DNA of 64,000 nt from Octopus sinensis (GCF_006345805.1 NC_043017.1:21328001-21392000); one strand, 5' to 3'. Counted from the stretch's first letter, positions 39,314 to 53,060 are shown. The notes: a model not told the origin generated them from the sequence alone. Program-made: numbers and translations.

Positions 39314-40124
39314 AATATAAAATAACTCTATTTAGCTTATTGAACTTCGATACGGGAAAAATTTACAAACTTCTACGTCAATAAATTATCATTGTTTCTG
39401 AACGTTGGTTTTTATACCCCTTCTACAGACAGCTCAAACCTTATTAACTTCCTACACTTTGATATTTGAATCTTACCTTTACGTATTTTTTATATAAATT
39501 TATAAATATACTTTTGGGGTATTTTTCTTCCATTTCTTTCTTTAATCCTATTCCTCGTAACTCAATTTTACTGCTGACATGAAGGTTTAGCAAGGACCTT
39601 TTATAGGAATTGGAATGAATAATCCAAGACTATTTATATTTCATTCTCCTTCATTTTTTTCCAATGGTAGAGGGGAATTGTTTGGCTGTCATCAAAGCTG
39701 CTTCCTTCAATGGCTGTTATATTGAAATGTCAAATTGACAAGAGGAAACAAACAACATGTGGTGGCCAGAAGTGGAATTTAGGGAAGCAAATATCTTGTA
39801 ATGCATGTAATGATGTTGCCGTTTCTATAGACATTGGCTGATAGTGGATCCAACAGAGAAAAATCTACACACACACACAAACTGGTGTGGCTGTTTGGTA
39901 AGACATTTGCTTCCCAACCACATGGTTCTGAGTTCAGATGCACTGAGTGGCACCTCAGCTGAGTGTTTTCTACTATATCCCTGGGTTAACCAAAGCCTTG
40001 TGAGTAGATTTTGTAGAAGGAAACTGAAAGAAACCCATTGTGCACGTACACTCATGTGTGTGTGCATTAGGGGTATTCATTTCTGTGTTTGTTTTATGCC
40101 ACTGATTGACATCCAGTGTTGGTG

Positions 40125-40334
40125 TGTAAAATTCCTGGCTTTGGATAAAAGAAATTACAGGAGGATCAGTTAACTATGATTTTACTCAATATATTCCCCT
40201 CTCAGATTCACACACTTATTGCTGTGGTCCTTTGTTGTTTTTTAAGCTCTGTAAAGGAACTCGGAAGGCTGGGCCTCCAACCAGGCTTTTCATGATACCC
40301 TTAAAGCTAGGAACTCTTTTGGCACCCCCTCATA
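40125..40334. mobile_element. mariner-like MITE, degraded
   Basis: Homologous to 53061-53299; right end aaagctaggaactctttttggcaccccctcata. Confidence 0.65.
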
Positions 40335-40344
40335 TATATTTATA

Positions 40345-40575
40345 TATTCAAAATGTGACCGCGTGTGTACCATTGGTGATTTTTTTTTCCTTCGTTTTCC
40401 CTTCTCTGGATCTTTCCTTTTCCTATGTTTCTGACAAAGAGCTCCGCTCGAAACGTAAAACCCTCCTTCTTCCCTTCCTTCCTGAGCGTCCAATAATGCT
40501 ATTTGTTCCACGTCCTCGCATTGTTGTATTTTCTCTTTGTGTTTTCATATTTGGATTAACTTTATATATATATAT
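40345..40575 (+). mobile_element. ~230-bp TA-flanked HHR-bearing repeat
   Basis: caaaatgtgaccgcgtgtgtac...tttggattaact, near-identical family at 58160-58365. Confidence 0.75.
40427..40461 (+). ncRNA. Hammerhead motif with mutated core (CTGACAA)
   Basis: GTTT-CTGACAA-A-GAGC tcc GCTC-GAAA-CG-TA-AAAC; the 58237 copy has intact CTGACGA. Confidence 0.6.
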
Positions 40576-40628
40576 GTATAAGATTGACCACTAAATCAAC
40601 AGGTTTTTTTTTATTCTCTCTTGTCTTC

Positions 40629-40664
40629 CTTTCGGCCGAAGAGCATAGGCTCGAAATGTAAAAG
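40629..40664 (+). ncRNA. Hammerhead-like motif with divergent core
   Basis: CTTT-CGGCCGA-A-GAGC atag GCTC-GAAA-TG-TA-AAAG; stems I and II intact; same family as 56565. Confidence 0.45.
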
Positions 40665-40880
40665 ACTTTCTCACCTTCCCAAGCATCAAACTAATACACC
40701 TACTCATTGTTTATGCACCTGTCTTTGTCTCTTGTTTTTCTGTAAATTTCAACTATATATATATGTGCATATTAGTATAAACATATATATCATCATCATC
40801 ATCATCATAACCACCTTTTAGACATTATACACACACGTCTACATACATAAATATATATAAATATATTAGTATACACACGT

Positions 40881-41078
40881 GCAGGTGGCACGTAAAAAGC
40901 ACCCACTACACTCACGGAGTGGTTGGCGTTAGGAAGGGCATCCAGCTGTAGAAACACTGCCAGATAAGACTGGAGCCTGGTGCAGCCTTCTGGCTTCCCA
41001 GATCCCCGGTCGAACCGTCCAACCCATGCTAGCATGGAGAACGGACGTTAAACGATGATGATGATGATGATGATGATA
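40881..41078 (+). mobile_element. Family D retroposon, well preserved
   Basis: gcaggtggcacgtaaaaagcacc...ggacgttaaac(gat)n. Confidence 0.8.
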
Positions 41079-41115
41079 TAAAGAACATAGAAACATAGTC
41101 AGTAATAATACTCAC

Positions 41116-41160
41116 TTCTAAAGAATTGCATTGGAAATCTAGTTACATTCCAAACATGTG
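41116..41160 (-). CDS. Candidate 45-nt symmetric (phase 1-1) internal coding exon, xHVWNVTRFPMQFFRx; product unidentified
   Basis: Acceptor tttgtttttctgtttctgttttgttgtatcag|, donor GAA|gtgagt; only one of three frames is open. Confidence 0.45.
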
Positions 41161-42081
41161 CTGATACAACAAAACAGAAACAGAAAAACAAAATATATAT
41201 ATATATATACATATATATAACAACATTCAATTTTCTCTGCCAATAGTTTGGGGTGAAACCCTGCTGATGTTTTCAAAGAAATGCTCATTCCTTTGTTTTA
41301 AAATGAAGGGCTTTGCACAAAGGTAGTTCCTCTATTGTGTATTTATCTGTGTTGTTTCCATAACTTCCTCTCTGGGAATGGATAAGAGGGGCAGCACAAT
41401 ACGAGTGGTGAGGGCTGCTGGCTTGTTTTGTGAAGGGTTCTTTTTTTTTTTTTTATCTAGAATCTCATGAAATATTCCAAATATTCTGAAATACTCTGAA
41501 AGGGATGTGAATTCCCATCTAAAATGTTATAGAACCGAGAAACCAGAAAAGTGATCGTAGTTATACGTGAATGTGCATGTTTGTGTGTGTGTATACTAAT
41601 ATATTTATATATATTTATGTATGTAGACGTGTGTGTATAATGTCTAAAAGGTGGTTATGATGATGATGATGATGATGATGATATATATGTTTATACTAAT
41701 ATGCACATATATATCAAGTGGATGTATATGTATACACACATGTATAAGTATATTGATGCACACAATAATCTATTGAAAGTTATGCATTTTTATACCTATC
41801 ATTGTGCATATAAATATATATACATACATATATCAATAAATGTACGAAGAAATATATATATATACACACATACACATATATATCAATATGTATAATAATA
41901 TATATATATATACACACACACAGGCAGATACATATATACATACACACACACATATATATATATATAGGCAGACAGATAGATAGATAAATAGATACATACA
42001 TACATACATGCATACATATATATATATATGTATATATACAGACGGATATACACATACATATATACTTACTTACATACAGAC

Positions 42082-42112
<31 letters not shown>

Positions 42113-42570
42113 TCATCATCATACACCCCAGCATCCAGGCACACACATATCATAGTAATAGCTTGAATACCTGTTGACAATGATATTAATAAAACCTTTT
42201 AGCCATACACATGTAACTCCACTGGAGAAACATGCATGTGGACATACAAATATGACATGCACACATGTGACATGCATACAAACATGCATGTGCTTCCATT
42301 CACATAATCATATCCATGCATTTGCACACGTACACATACATGCGCAGGTACTCTTATATAAAATATTTCACACGGATTTCGCAGAGCTATGCAAGGAATA
42401 TACAAGTCTTCAATGCAAGTGGTGGTGTTGGTTGCGGTGGTGGTGGTGGTTGTTGTCATGATTCTGATGCTTCTAGTGGTGACGGTAGTAGTGGTAGTGG
42501 CGGTGGCTGAGAATCATGGTATTATTATTATTATTATTATGATTATGATTATTATTATTATTATTATTAT

Positions 42571-42615
<45 letters not shown>

Positions 42616-42891
42616 AAGTGGTGGTTATTGTGATGATTCTGATGGTTCTGGTGGTGACGGTAGCAGTGGTAGTGGCGGTGGCTGAGATGATGGTATTATT
42701 AATATTATTATTATTGTTATGATTATTATTATTATCATTATTATTATTATTATTATTATCATCATTATTATTATTAGTAGTAGTAGTAATAGTAGTAGCA
42801 GTAGTAGTAGTAGTAGAAGTGGTGGTTGTGGTGGTGGTGGCGGTGGTAATGGTGGTGGTGGTGGTGGTGGTGGAGATGGTGGTGGTGGAGA

Positions 42892-42930
<39 letters not shown>

Positions 42931-45289
42931 CAGCAATAGTAATGTATGAAGGAGATGCGTTTTTGCTTTTGTTTTTTTTTTTTTTTGTTTGTTTGTTTCT
43001 TTCCCACCAGAAGCAGCATCTTCACATGACAAACAGATGTTGCTATGGGAGACATTTTCGTTTTGGGCTCTATTAATCGTTCCATTATTACGAATTCATG
43101 AAAATTTCATGACAACAGTTGTTCCTGCAGAAACTGACACACAATCAATCCATTTCTCGAAAACACAGCAAACCAAAAAAAAAAATAAAAACTATCGGAA
43201 CGAAAAGATTTCTATAGTAAAATGATAAATGTCTCCGCAGACCACGGAATATCAGGATGCTGGCGCTTAGCTTTGAAATATGTAACATAACACTTGAATA
43301 TGAGAAGAATGTCCCTCACCCCCCCCCACTCTCTCTCCCTCTCTCTCTAATTCTCTACATCTTTGTCTTTCTCTTAATTTTCAATTCTGTGTCTGTTATC
43401 CTTTTTTTTTTTTATATCAGTTGTGTCAGTCATTGGACTGTGGCCATGCTGGAGCAAAATTTTGTAAGGTTTCGTTGAGCAAACTGGAATCCACCCCACC
43501 TGCCACTTTGCATTTTCCATTTTTTTTGGAAGTTTGGTGCTTATTCTTTTGATCTCTCTCTATTTGCTGGGATCCCAGGTTACAGAGATGTAAACAAATT
43601 GAGAGTCGCAGAACAAACAGAAAGGCATGCACATCATCGTTATTATTTAACATCCGTTTTCCATACTGGTATGGGTTGAGGGTCTGATGGGAGTTGGCAA
43701 GCCAGAAAGATGCACCAGGCTCCAATTGTCTGTTTTGGCAAGGTTTCTACACTTAGATGCCCTTCTTAAAGTCAACTACTTTACAAATTGTATTGAGTGC
43801 TTTTTTGCATGGCACACACACACACACACACATATATACATAAATATGAGTTAGAAAAAGCAGACACTCTTATATTGGGTAATAGAGAGGACAAATTATT
43901 ATTAATCATAAAAGTATCATTATAAATGTGTAGTTGCATGGTAAGATGCTTGCTTCCCAATCACATGGTTCTGGGTTCAGTCCCACTGTTTGGCATCTTA
44001 GACAAATGTCTTCTACTATAGCCTTGGACCAACCAAAGCTTTGTGAGTAAAAGAAATCTGTCATATATACGTGTGAGTGCATGTGTGAGTGTATGTGTGT
44101 GTGTGTGCCCCACCACCACTTGACAACCAGTGTGGTTGCACTTACATTCCTGTAACTTAACAGTTCAGCAAAAGAGTCTAATAGAATATAAGTACCACTT
44201 TAATAAAATATATATAAGTTTTGGGGTCAATTCCTTCTATTCATTCAACTAAAACTTCTTCAAAGTGGTGCCCCAGCATGGGCACAGTCTGTTGACTGAA
44301 AAAAGTCACAGATAAACGATAACTAACAGTTAATAATCTTTCGGGTAAAAAAACACATGTTAGAAGGAAAAATTAGACCTAAGCACCAAAAGGAATTGAA
44401 CTACAGGTCTGCTGTACTGCAAGCAGTCACATTACCACCACCTCAACGAAACCTATCACTGCCTGGTATATAAGAGGTGAGGTTCAATTCAAGTAGATGG
44501 TTATGACCAAATTTTTCTCCATCTAAGAGGCATAAATAACCCTCAGAAGGAAAAAGCATAAATACACAGTATATTCGCAGATAAAATGTTGTGTCTTATT
44601 TTGTATTGGAGCCATTTCTTAAAAACACACACACATGTATGTACATGTGTTTGCGAGCATGCCAGGCGAAATGTGTAGCCGTATTTCGTCTGCCAGTACG
44701 TTCTGGGTTCAAATTCCGCCAAGGTCGACTTTGCCATTCATCCTTTCGGGGTCGATAAATTAAGTACCAGTTACGCACTGGGGTCAATGTAATCGACTTA
44801 ATCCATTTGTCTGTCTTTGCTTGTCCCCTCTGTGATTAGCCCCTTGTGGGTAGTAAAGAAATATAAATATATGTATGCATGTGGGTATGCATATATGTCT
44901 ATATGTGCATTCATCAGTATGTATGTATGTATGTGGTTTGTGGGAGGAAATGCTTGAGCCATGTAGACCTGGTCAGCCCTCAGAGAACTCAAAGGAATCG
45001 ACCCATGGTAAATTGTGATAGGGTTATTGTTCACCACAGAACAATCACAACCTGAGGAAAGGTGTGTCTCTCTGTTGGAGGAAGGAAAAGGTATGTCACA
45101 AGAGTTCATACTGTGGCACCTGGTCCTTCTGTTGGCCAGCACAGCTGTGCATTATGCAACAGAATGTGCAAATTTTTGGCCGGGGCTCAAAAGTCATACC
45201 AGGGCCTCACATTCCCTCATCAATGATGCATTTCAATGATTCTTTCTAGCAATGGTTCTGCTCGTATACGAGAAAGCAGCTAAGAGATG

Positions 45290-45540
45290 TATGTGTGTAT
45301 GCATGTACGTATGTATGTATGTATGTATGTATGTATGTATGTATGTATGTATGTGTGTATGTATGTATGTGTGTATGCATGTACATATGTATGTATGTAT
45401 GTACATATGTATGTATGTATGTGTGTGTGTATGTGTGTACATATGTATGCATGTATGTGTATGTATGTATGTATGTATGTATGCATGTACATATGTATGT
45501 ATGTATGTATGTATGTATATATGTATGTACATTTATATGT
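45290..45540. repeat. (TATG)n microsatellite
   Basis: Direct reading. Confidence 0.95.
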
Positions 45541-45814
45541 ATTTGCATAGCTATAACCAATATATAATGGCAAAAAAATGTAAGCATTGACAAGAAAAAT
45601 CCAAAAACAGTGTTCGTGGAAACTATTTTTTGCAACATATTTTTCTTAGTTTCCAAGAATACGCTTTTATTTACAAGTTATTTTGATTTTATATACAAGT
45701 TCATCGCTATTCAGTGTATTATGAGTTGGATGAGTCACATGAAAAATGAAAAATTAAATGAATCACATATATAAAACCAAAAAAAAAAATTACAATACAA
45801 TATACACATATATA

Positions 45815-45974
45815 CGAGTGGCTATGTGGTAAGTAGCCTGTTTATCAACCACATGGTTCCGGGTTCAGTCCCACTGCATGGCATCTTGGGCAGGTGTCTT
45901 CTACTATAACCTCAGGCCGACCAAAGCCTTGTGAGTGGATTTGGTAGACGGAAACTGAAAGAAGCCCCGTCATA

Positions 45975-46009
<35 letters not shown>

Positions 46010-46210
46010 GCCTGTGTGTGTTTGTGTGTCTGTGTTTGCCCCCCTAGCATTGCTTGACAACCGATGCAGGTGTGTTTATGTCCCCGTTACTTAGCGGTTT
46101 GGCAAAAGAGACCAATAGAATAAGTACTGGGCTTACAAAAGAATAAGTCCCGGGGTCGAGTTGCTCGACTAAAGGCGGTGCTCCAGCATGGCTGCAGTCA
46201 AATGACTGAA
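45815..46210 (+). mobile_element. Full-length SINE family B
   Basis: Head gagtggctatgtggtaag to tail aaacaagtaaaagagta; further copies near 36420, 39885, 43930, 48625 (-), 58495 and 58890. Confidence 0.9.
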
Positions 46211-46678
46211 ACAAGTAAAAGAGTAAAGAGTATATATACATGCGATTGTGAGCTCCCCTCCAAACACATACACACACACACACACACACACATAAGTATT
46301 ACCATCATCATTCAACATCTATGTTTCCTGCTGGCTTGGGGTGGATGGTTTGACAGGAACAGATGTGTCCAAGGACTGCATTGAGTTCCAATGTCCACTT
46401 TGGCATGGTTTTGATGGCTGGGTGCCCCCTTCCTGATTCCAACCACTTTACAGAGGGAACTGGGTAGCTTTTTTTATTTCTTTGTGCCACCTTCTCTAAT
46501 GAGATTACTGTTCAGCTTACAGTAAAACTACAAGCTCTGAGATAGGTGTGGTTACAGGGGAGACAAGGGAATTACTATGATGTGGGGAGGGCAGTGCAAG
46601 TTCCTTCGGAGGGATCAGAATGGCTCCTCACACCTAGTACAGTTAAAAAATTATAAAGGTAGGGTAGAAGGAAGGATG

Positions 46679-46920
46679 AGACAAGTTAAGTTAAGTTAAT
46701 TTGGCTCAAAAAGCAAAAAGCAAGGCCATGTAGGGGAAGAAAGCCCCTCGCCTTCGATTGAGATGAATCGTCGCAGATAGAGCTTTTCGGAGTGACCCCG
46801 CAGCCGATGCTCTGGAGCAGGAGTGAAGAACAGCTCTTTCGAGAGGTTACACTTTCTGCTTATGATGTTGTGAGCAAGAATAGGATCACCAGAGTTATGA
46901 GCTGGTGATGAGAGAGGGAT
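46679..46920 (-). pseudogene. CR1-clade LINE 3' end with (TTAAC)n tail
   Basis: Minus: GDPILAHNIISRKCNLSKELFFTPAPEHRLRGHSEKLYLRRF resembles RGDLI..Y.I...FF...LRGH..KL; tail aacttaacttaactt. Confidence 0.7.
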
Positions 46921-47234
46921 GCAGAAGAGTGGAGGGGTGGGTGGGTGTCAATGAGTAGCAGGAGTAGTGAAGATGATACAGTGATGGTGAGGGTGGGGAG
47001 ACATGAGAGAGGGAAGAGGAAAGAGCATGATGAGAGTGAAATGGTTGCAATAATTCAGATTTTGATATTTTTTGTAATTAGTTAAACCAATTATTTTCAA
47101 ATGTTAATAAAGAAATATAAAGAAGTGTTCCTAAAATTCAAAATTAATTTTAAAAAAGCATGAAGGGAATCTAATTGAAACAACAAAAAATATATCCCAG
47201 CAGAGCAAATTTCACTTCAATATTATGTTTCTTC

Positions 47235-47500
47235 CTGAAGTACCCTATCTCTGGTCTTACACTGAATATAACCCTACATGTTACATGTATGGCTGCACTA
47301 CATGTTGATAGCACTAAAGCTGCAAGTACCCTACCTCTGGTTTACAGTAAATGTAGTCCTACATGTTTCATGTGCATTTATGCTACATGTTGAGCATAGC
47401 ACTTCATTCAGAAGACTATATGCAGCCACATGTCTGCAGGCACCCTTTATGTGGTTTACATTGAATGTAGCCCTACATGACACATGTATATTTACGATAC
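47235..47500. repeat. Diverged tandem repeat, 3 units of ~85-110 bp
   Basis: aagtaccctatctctggt...tacatg repeated near 47237, 47323 and 47429. Confidence 0.75.
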
Positions 47501-47631
47501 ATATAGATCAATATGTTCCTGAATCTGATGAAAACAAAAGCAACGTTTTAATTAAACACATACCTGATATAAGATGTCCAAAGATGACAGATTTTTGAAT
47601 TGGTTCAAGAACTAATGCAAATGTTGGATGG

Positions 47632-47662
47632 ACTTACCTGCAAAAGAGAACAAAAGCAATCA
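47632..47662 (-). other. Candidate recursive splice site (ratchet point)
   Basis: Minus: attgcttttgttctcttttgcAG|GTAAGTcc, with a ctaat branch-like motif ~45-50 nt upstream. Confidence 0.45.
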
Positions 47663-48006
47663 TTATATAATCGATGAAATCATAATTAGACATTAAATCA
47701 AAGTCAACTAATGTCATCTAATGGTGGACAGCACGTTTACAAAATACAGAATAGTATTAATAATAATAATAATAATAATAATGATAATCCTTTCTACTGG
47801 AGACACAAGGCCTCAGACTCAGATTTGTTGAGTGGAGACTAGTTGGTTACATCAACCCCAGTATTTCACAGGTATTTAATTTATCAATCCTGAAAGGATG
47901 AAAGGCAAAGTCAACGTCGGCAGAATTTGAACTTGGAATGTAGCGACAGGCGAAATACTGCTAAGCATTTCTCCCAGTGCGCTAATGATTCTGATAGTTC
48001 ACTGCC

Positions 48007-48100
<94 letters not shown>

Positions 48101-50324
48101 TGATGATAATAATAATCCTTTTTCTCGGGGTTAAATGTCAAAGAAATGCATGAGACAAAGTCCCATGGAGCGAATAAAGACTCGACAACCAAGTTGAACA
48201 ACTCATAAGCATCTTGGCAGGTAAAATGAGACAATAAAAAAGGTGAAGGAAAGACACAGGAACGCGCACCAAAGGAAGTAAAGGGGGAAATATTACATTG
48301 AGGTTTGGCAATAGCAAGGGCATGTGGCCATGAAAAATCTGCCTCAACATATTTGGTTTGGTCCATTCATAGGGGCCTCTTGAGGGCTTTAGGTTGGCAA
48401 GTTACAAGCTGATCATCACTAATGCTGGTGCAACAGAAAATGCACCCATTACACTTTGTGAAATGATTGATGTTAAGAAGGGCATCCAATTGTAGAAACA
48501 CACTAAAGCAGACATTGGAAAACAACAAGTTCTTCTACCTCATCAAAACCTGTCAAATCATCAAAACTATGCCAGTATGGGAGTCAAACATTAAATTAAT
48601 GATATATATATATATATATATATGAGGGGCTTCTTTCAGTTTCCATCTACCAAATCCACTCTCAAGGCTTTAGTCAACCCAAAGCTATAGTAAAAGACAT
48701 TTGCCCAAGGTGCCACACAGTGGGATTGAACCTGGAACCATGTCGTTGGGAAGCAAACTTCTTCCCACACAGCCACACCTGTGCCTATGGTGGTTTTTTG
48801 ATATATATATATATTTCTATAACTTGGCATTAAAACAAGCATCAATATATATGCATGCGCATGCATGTGCACACATGCATGCACGTGCGTGTGTGGGTGG
48901 TTAAAGACTGGGAGAGAAGAAGCAGTGAAGCCTTTGCAGTAAAATGAATTTGAAATTAAATTTTCTTCCCATTCTAATGACAACCATGAAGCAAACCCAG
49001 CGCTGCTGACATGCCATGCAAACCCTATTATCATTATGACAATTAAACACATCTGCTAATTATGGTTTCATAAATGAACTATAATTTCTTGAGGAGATTT
49101 GCTTGCCAAGAGATAATAATTCCCTGGCACTGGGCTGATAGCAAGGAGGAGCGCTAAATTCTACGAAAGACTTTGTATGTCTCATTATGTATGACTCAAG
49201 TCTGAATCACAGAAGGGACACCATTCTAAGATGGCTACAGAAATAAGAAAAATAAAAATCCAACAAAAAGACAAGTTTGATTCTTGTGTAGATAATGCCT
49301 GATAGATTAGCTGAATTATGGTATATTCAGGAATCAGCATACTATATAAAAGAAGGCTATGAATATTTCAATCTTTGATGATTATTTATTTACAAATTGG
49401 TAGAGCATGATGCCGACGATGGTGTTGGTAGTGGTGGAGCTGCTAGTGAAAATGTTAGCAATGGTTGGGTAGAGGTGGTCATGGAGGGTATTGATTGTGG
49501 AAACGGTAAGGTGGTAGTGGGAAACAAATTATAGAGAAATTAAATTCATCATTTTCTTCATGAATAATCAACATTTTGGTAGCCCTGAGCTAATCCTTTT
49601 TTTCTGTCTTTCTTTGATTCTCGGGAATTATTAAAGAGTAGTTATAATTTTTGCCTCAAGGGGCCATTTCTGATGATTGGGTGTGCTTTTTGTTAAGCAG
49701 ATGCTCTTCTCTATCGTTAATTAATTATACATGCATTAAGGACATGTTAGAGCAATTAGATGGGCCTATGAAAATATCCAAAGGTTAACAAGTGCTAATT
49801 TATTTAGTAAAGAATTTGAAATGAAGGTTATCATTTCTTTAAAATCTTTGCATCTGAGCTTTGGACACATTTGATCACCACTTTTAAAATTCTGATAACA
49901 ACATCTGAAAACCAGATGCCTCTGGAGCATAATGAATTCATGTGAGCCAAAAATGGCTAAATCTTTTAATACCAAAGTACCTAAAACTACCTAAAAACTA
50001 CCTCTGGTCCAACGATGCAAAGTGACCAAGGTTAAACTTTTCCATCATAATTTTATGCTAATTTATGTCCCAAACACCTACTTAACAATAACAATAATTT
50101 TAATAAATTCTTCATTGTCTTCAAAATTGATTGAAGAAAGAATATTCCAACATAAATATTGTTAAAAAAAAAGGTTAAGCCCTTTGATTCTAGTCTGCCT
50201 GGAACTGAGCATAGTTCAAAGATACTTCCTTTTTTTAAAGAGATCTAAATTAAACCATTCCATCAAAATTTCATGTTAATTTATTTATGTTCCAAACATC
50301 AGTTTAATAATGACAGTTACTTAA

Positions 50325-50555
50325 TTAACCCATTAAATCACAGAGTACTTAAATTTCTGAATATTACTTTTAAATTTTTACAGATGATTGAAAATAGGTT
50401 AAAATGAAAAAAATAATTATTGAAACTCCTTTACTTCGAGTAGAAATGGAAATACTCGATGTCCTATAAATAGGACACTGAGACAATGTGATATAGCTTA
50501 TTTAATGTTCTCATTTAGTGTCCTATTTATAGGACAGTGGGACTTAATGGGTTAA
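50325..50555. mobile_element. piggyBac-like MITE nested in a TTAA of an older repeat
   Basis: TTAA-cccattaa ... ttaatggg-TTAA; internal inverted pair gtcctataaataggacact / agtgtcctatttataggac. Confidence 0.75.
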
Positions 50556-51107
50556 ATTCTTCATTATTTCTAAAAGTAATTGAGACAAAATCAATATATC
50601 CCGATAGAAATATGGTGAGAAAAAAGTTAAGGAATCGATTAAAATATATTCAAAATCAACAAATACTTTAATAATTTAGTTTTCTACTAAACCAGTTTCT
50701 ACTTTTTTTAGAACTCAAATCCTATTCTTTGAGCTTGCCTGAAGATAACCAAAGAAAGCAATCTTTGAAAGTTTTCTATTATATCAGAGGTCAAATGAAT
50801 CAGGTCAAATGTTTATTCAAGTTCCAGTCATTATTTTTCTCTCAGTCCACATGTTGTTTACGTCTTTCCTTTTTATTCCCCTAATCCCTAACTAATTTTC
50901 CCTAATCCCAGGAAGGTTGTTTAATGCCTTATTTTATTTTCTGTTGACATTTACTGATTTTTCTGTGAGGAAGCCAAGATTTCCAGCTTGGTTTCTATTA
51001 CTGGTGGGAGCATAATGAGATTGAAACACCTGCATCACTCAACAGAGGACTGTCTGAAATGATTCTAGTGTTTTAACACCTTTTGTCTACGGATATTTCC
51101 ACATACC

Positions 51108-51157
<50 letters not shown>

Positions 51158-52864
51158 TGTATATACACAAAAATACATAGTGGAAATGAACCCCAAACCC
51201 TATGATTAGAAAGCAAACTTCTCTACCACACTGCCATAACATGCACCATGCCTATGGCAATGTCTTATAAAGAATTTTTTTTCAGTTTTTGTATCTGGTT
51301 TGCAAGATTCTTTATGTGAATTCGTGTCTTGAAACAAATTTTGTTATGTCTAGGGAGGGTCATTATGCCAATATTATTAATACACACACTTATTCAATTC
51401 CACTCCTTTATTATAAGTCAGAATTGTTAGCATGCTGGACGAAATGCGTAGCGGTATTTTTCCTGTCATTATGTACTGAGTTCAAATTCCACTGAGGTCA
51501 ATTTTGCCTTTTGTTCTTTCAGGGTTGATAAAATAAGTACCAGTTATGCACTGGGGACTTACTCTCTTTCCCCAAATTCAAGGCCTTGTACCTCCCAGTA
51601 GAAAGGATTATTAGTCAATTAATTAAACATCCACCTAACTAAATGATTGTTTCTTTAACTTCGTTAAACTGTAAGTCATGTGTTTTGTTTTTTCAGTAAT
51701 GTCACAGTTTCAAGCCAACTGTCTTCAATTTTCAAAAAGCATCTCTACTAAATTTCCATTCTGCTATACAGATCACCAAACGAAGATTAATGTTTAAATA
51801 TCTTTGATGAATAAAAACGGTTTCAAACTGATAAAAGGAACAGTAAATAGGGACTTTTTTCTATGTTCAGTAAATGTATGTCTTACACCCATTCTCTTCC
51901 CCAACTTCTCTCGATTGATATTTTTCTGCTTTTTTTTTTTTTAGTACACTGTCTTCCAAGAAATATTCTTTCTCTCTGTAGATGCTGGAAATGGCTGGTG
52001 GAATAAGAGGCACATATGTTTTTCCTAATTGTCTTGTCTTTCACTAATCTAAATACAATCATCTGTGTGTGTGAATAACATATATGTAAATACATACATA
52101 CACACACACATATATATATATGTATGTATATAGATATATGCATACACACATGTACATTATGTATAAGTTATGTGTATACACACACAACCATATATATATA
52201 CACATATAAGATACGTTATATAGACATATACACATTTGTACACACACACACACTCACACACGCACACAAACACACACACAGACACACACACACTTTCTAT
52301 ATTCTTTGTACTTTCTATATTAATTATGTTATCGTTAAGAAGTTAAGAAACAGAACTTTAAGTAATAAGTAATAAACTTTTGAAGTAAAATTTTTTTTTT
52401 TCTGGTCTTCTTTTCAGCAATATGTTTTTAAAGTTAAAATTCTTTCTTTATTTTGCTTTTTTTTTAAGAAAAATGTTCCATTTTCCCCAGCTAAATACAT
52501 TCTGGTGATTACGAAGATTAAACTTAGTATCTTTTAAGAGTGAAACCATTGTCGTTTAGTACATCATAAAAGAAGAAAAAAAAATTAATTCTTCATATTA
52601 TATTTTAATTTTTTTACTGAACCAAGACATATCTTTCTTCTTTTCAAAGTCTTTTATATCAATTTAAATTATTTACTTATCTGGTTACTTAAAAAAAAAA
52701 TATATATGTAATACAATAATACTTCAAAGGCTTAAATTTCCTATCACTAACCATTTTCCTAATATTTAAATTAGTTGATGCTTATAACGAATAATGTGGA
52801 GGATGACAATAACAATGATAAGGGTAATGGTAAGTTGTTTGCTTTCTGTAATGAATTTTTGTAG

Positions 52865-53060
52865 TGCTAGGATATTCAGCTCATGATCACCGGATCAGGT
52901 GTTCGATTCCTGGTAGTATGTTGGGTCCTTGAGCAAGACACTTTATTTTACTTTGCTCCAGTTCACTCAGCTGGCAAAAATGAGTAGCATCTGTATTTCC
53001 ATGGGATGGCCTTGTCACATTCTGTGTCATGCTGAATCTCTCTCAGATCTATATTAATGT
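52865..53060 (+). mobile_element. tRNA/CORE-like SINE fragment
   Basis: ggtgttcgattcctgg B box then ccttgagcaagacactttattt...cagctgg; related partial copy at 32215-32335. Confidence 0.6.

Larger units (their letters stand above)
40757..41714. repeat. Near-perfect ~125-bp inverted duplication (40757-40878 / 41587-41714)
   Basis: Arms are reverse complements apart from the (CAT)n copy number. Confidence 0.9.

Noticed and set aside
39688-39722. Partial complementarity to miR-2 (tcatcaaagctg...ggctgttata)
   Set aside because: Interrupted by about 11 nt, with a seed mismatch and no hairpin; no conserved miRNA was recognised in the window.
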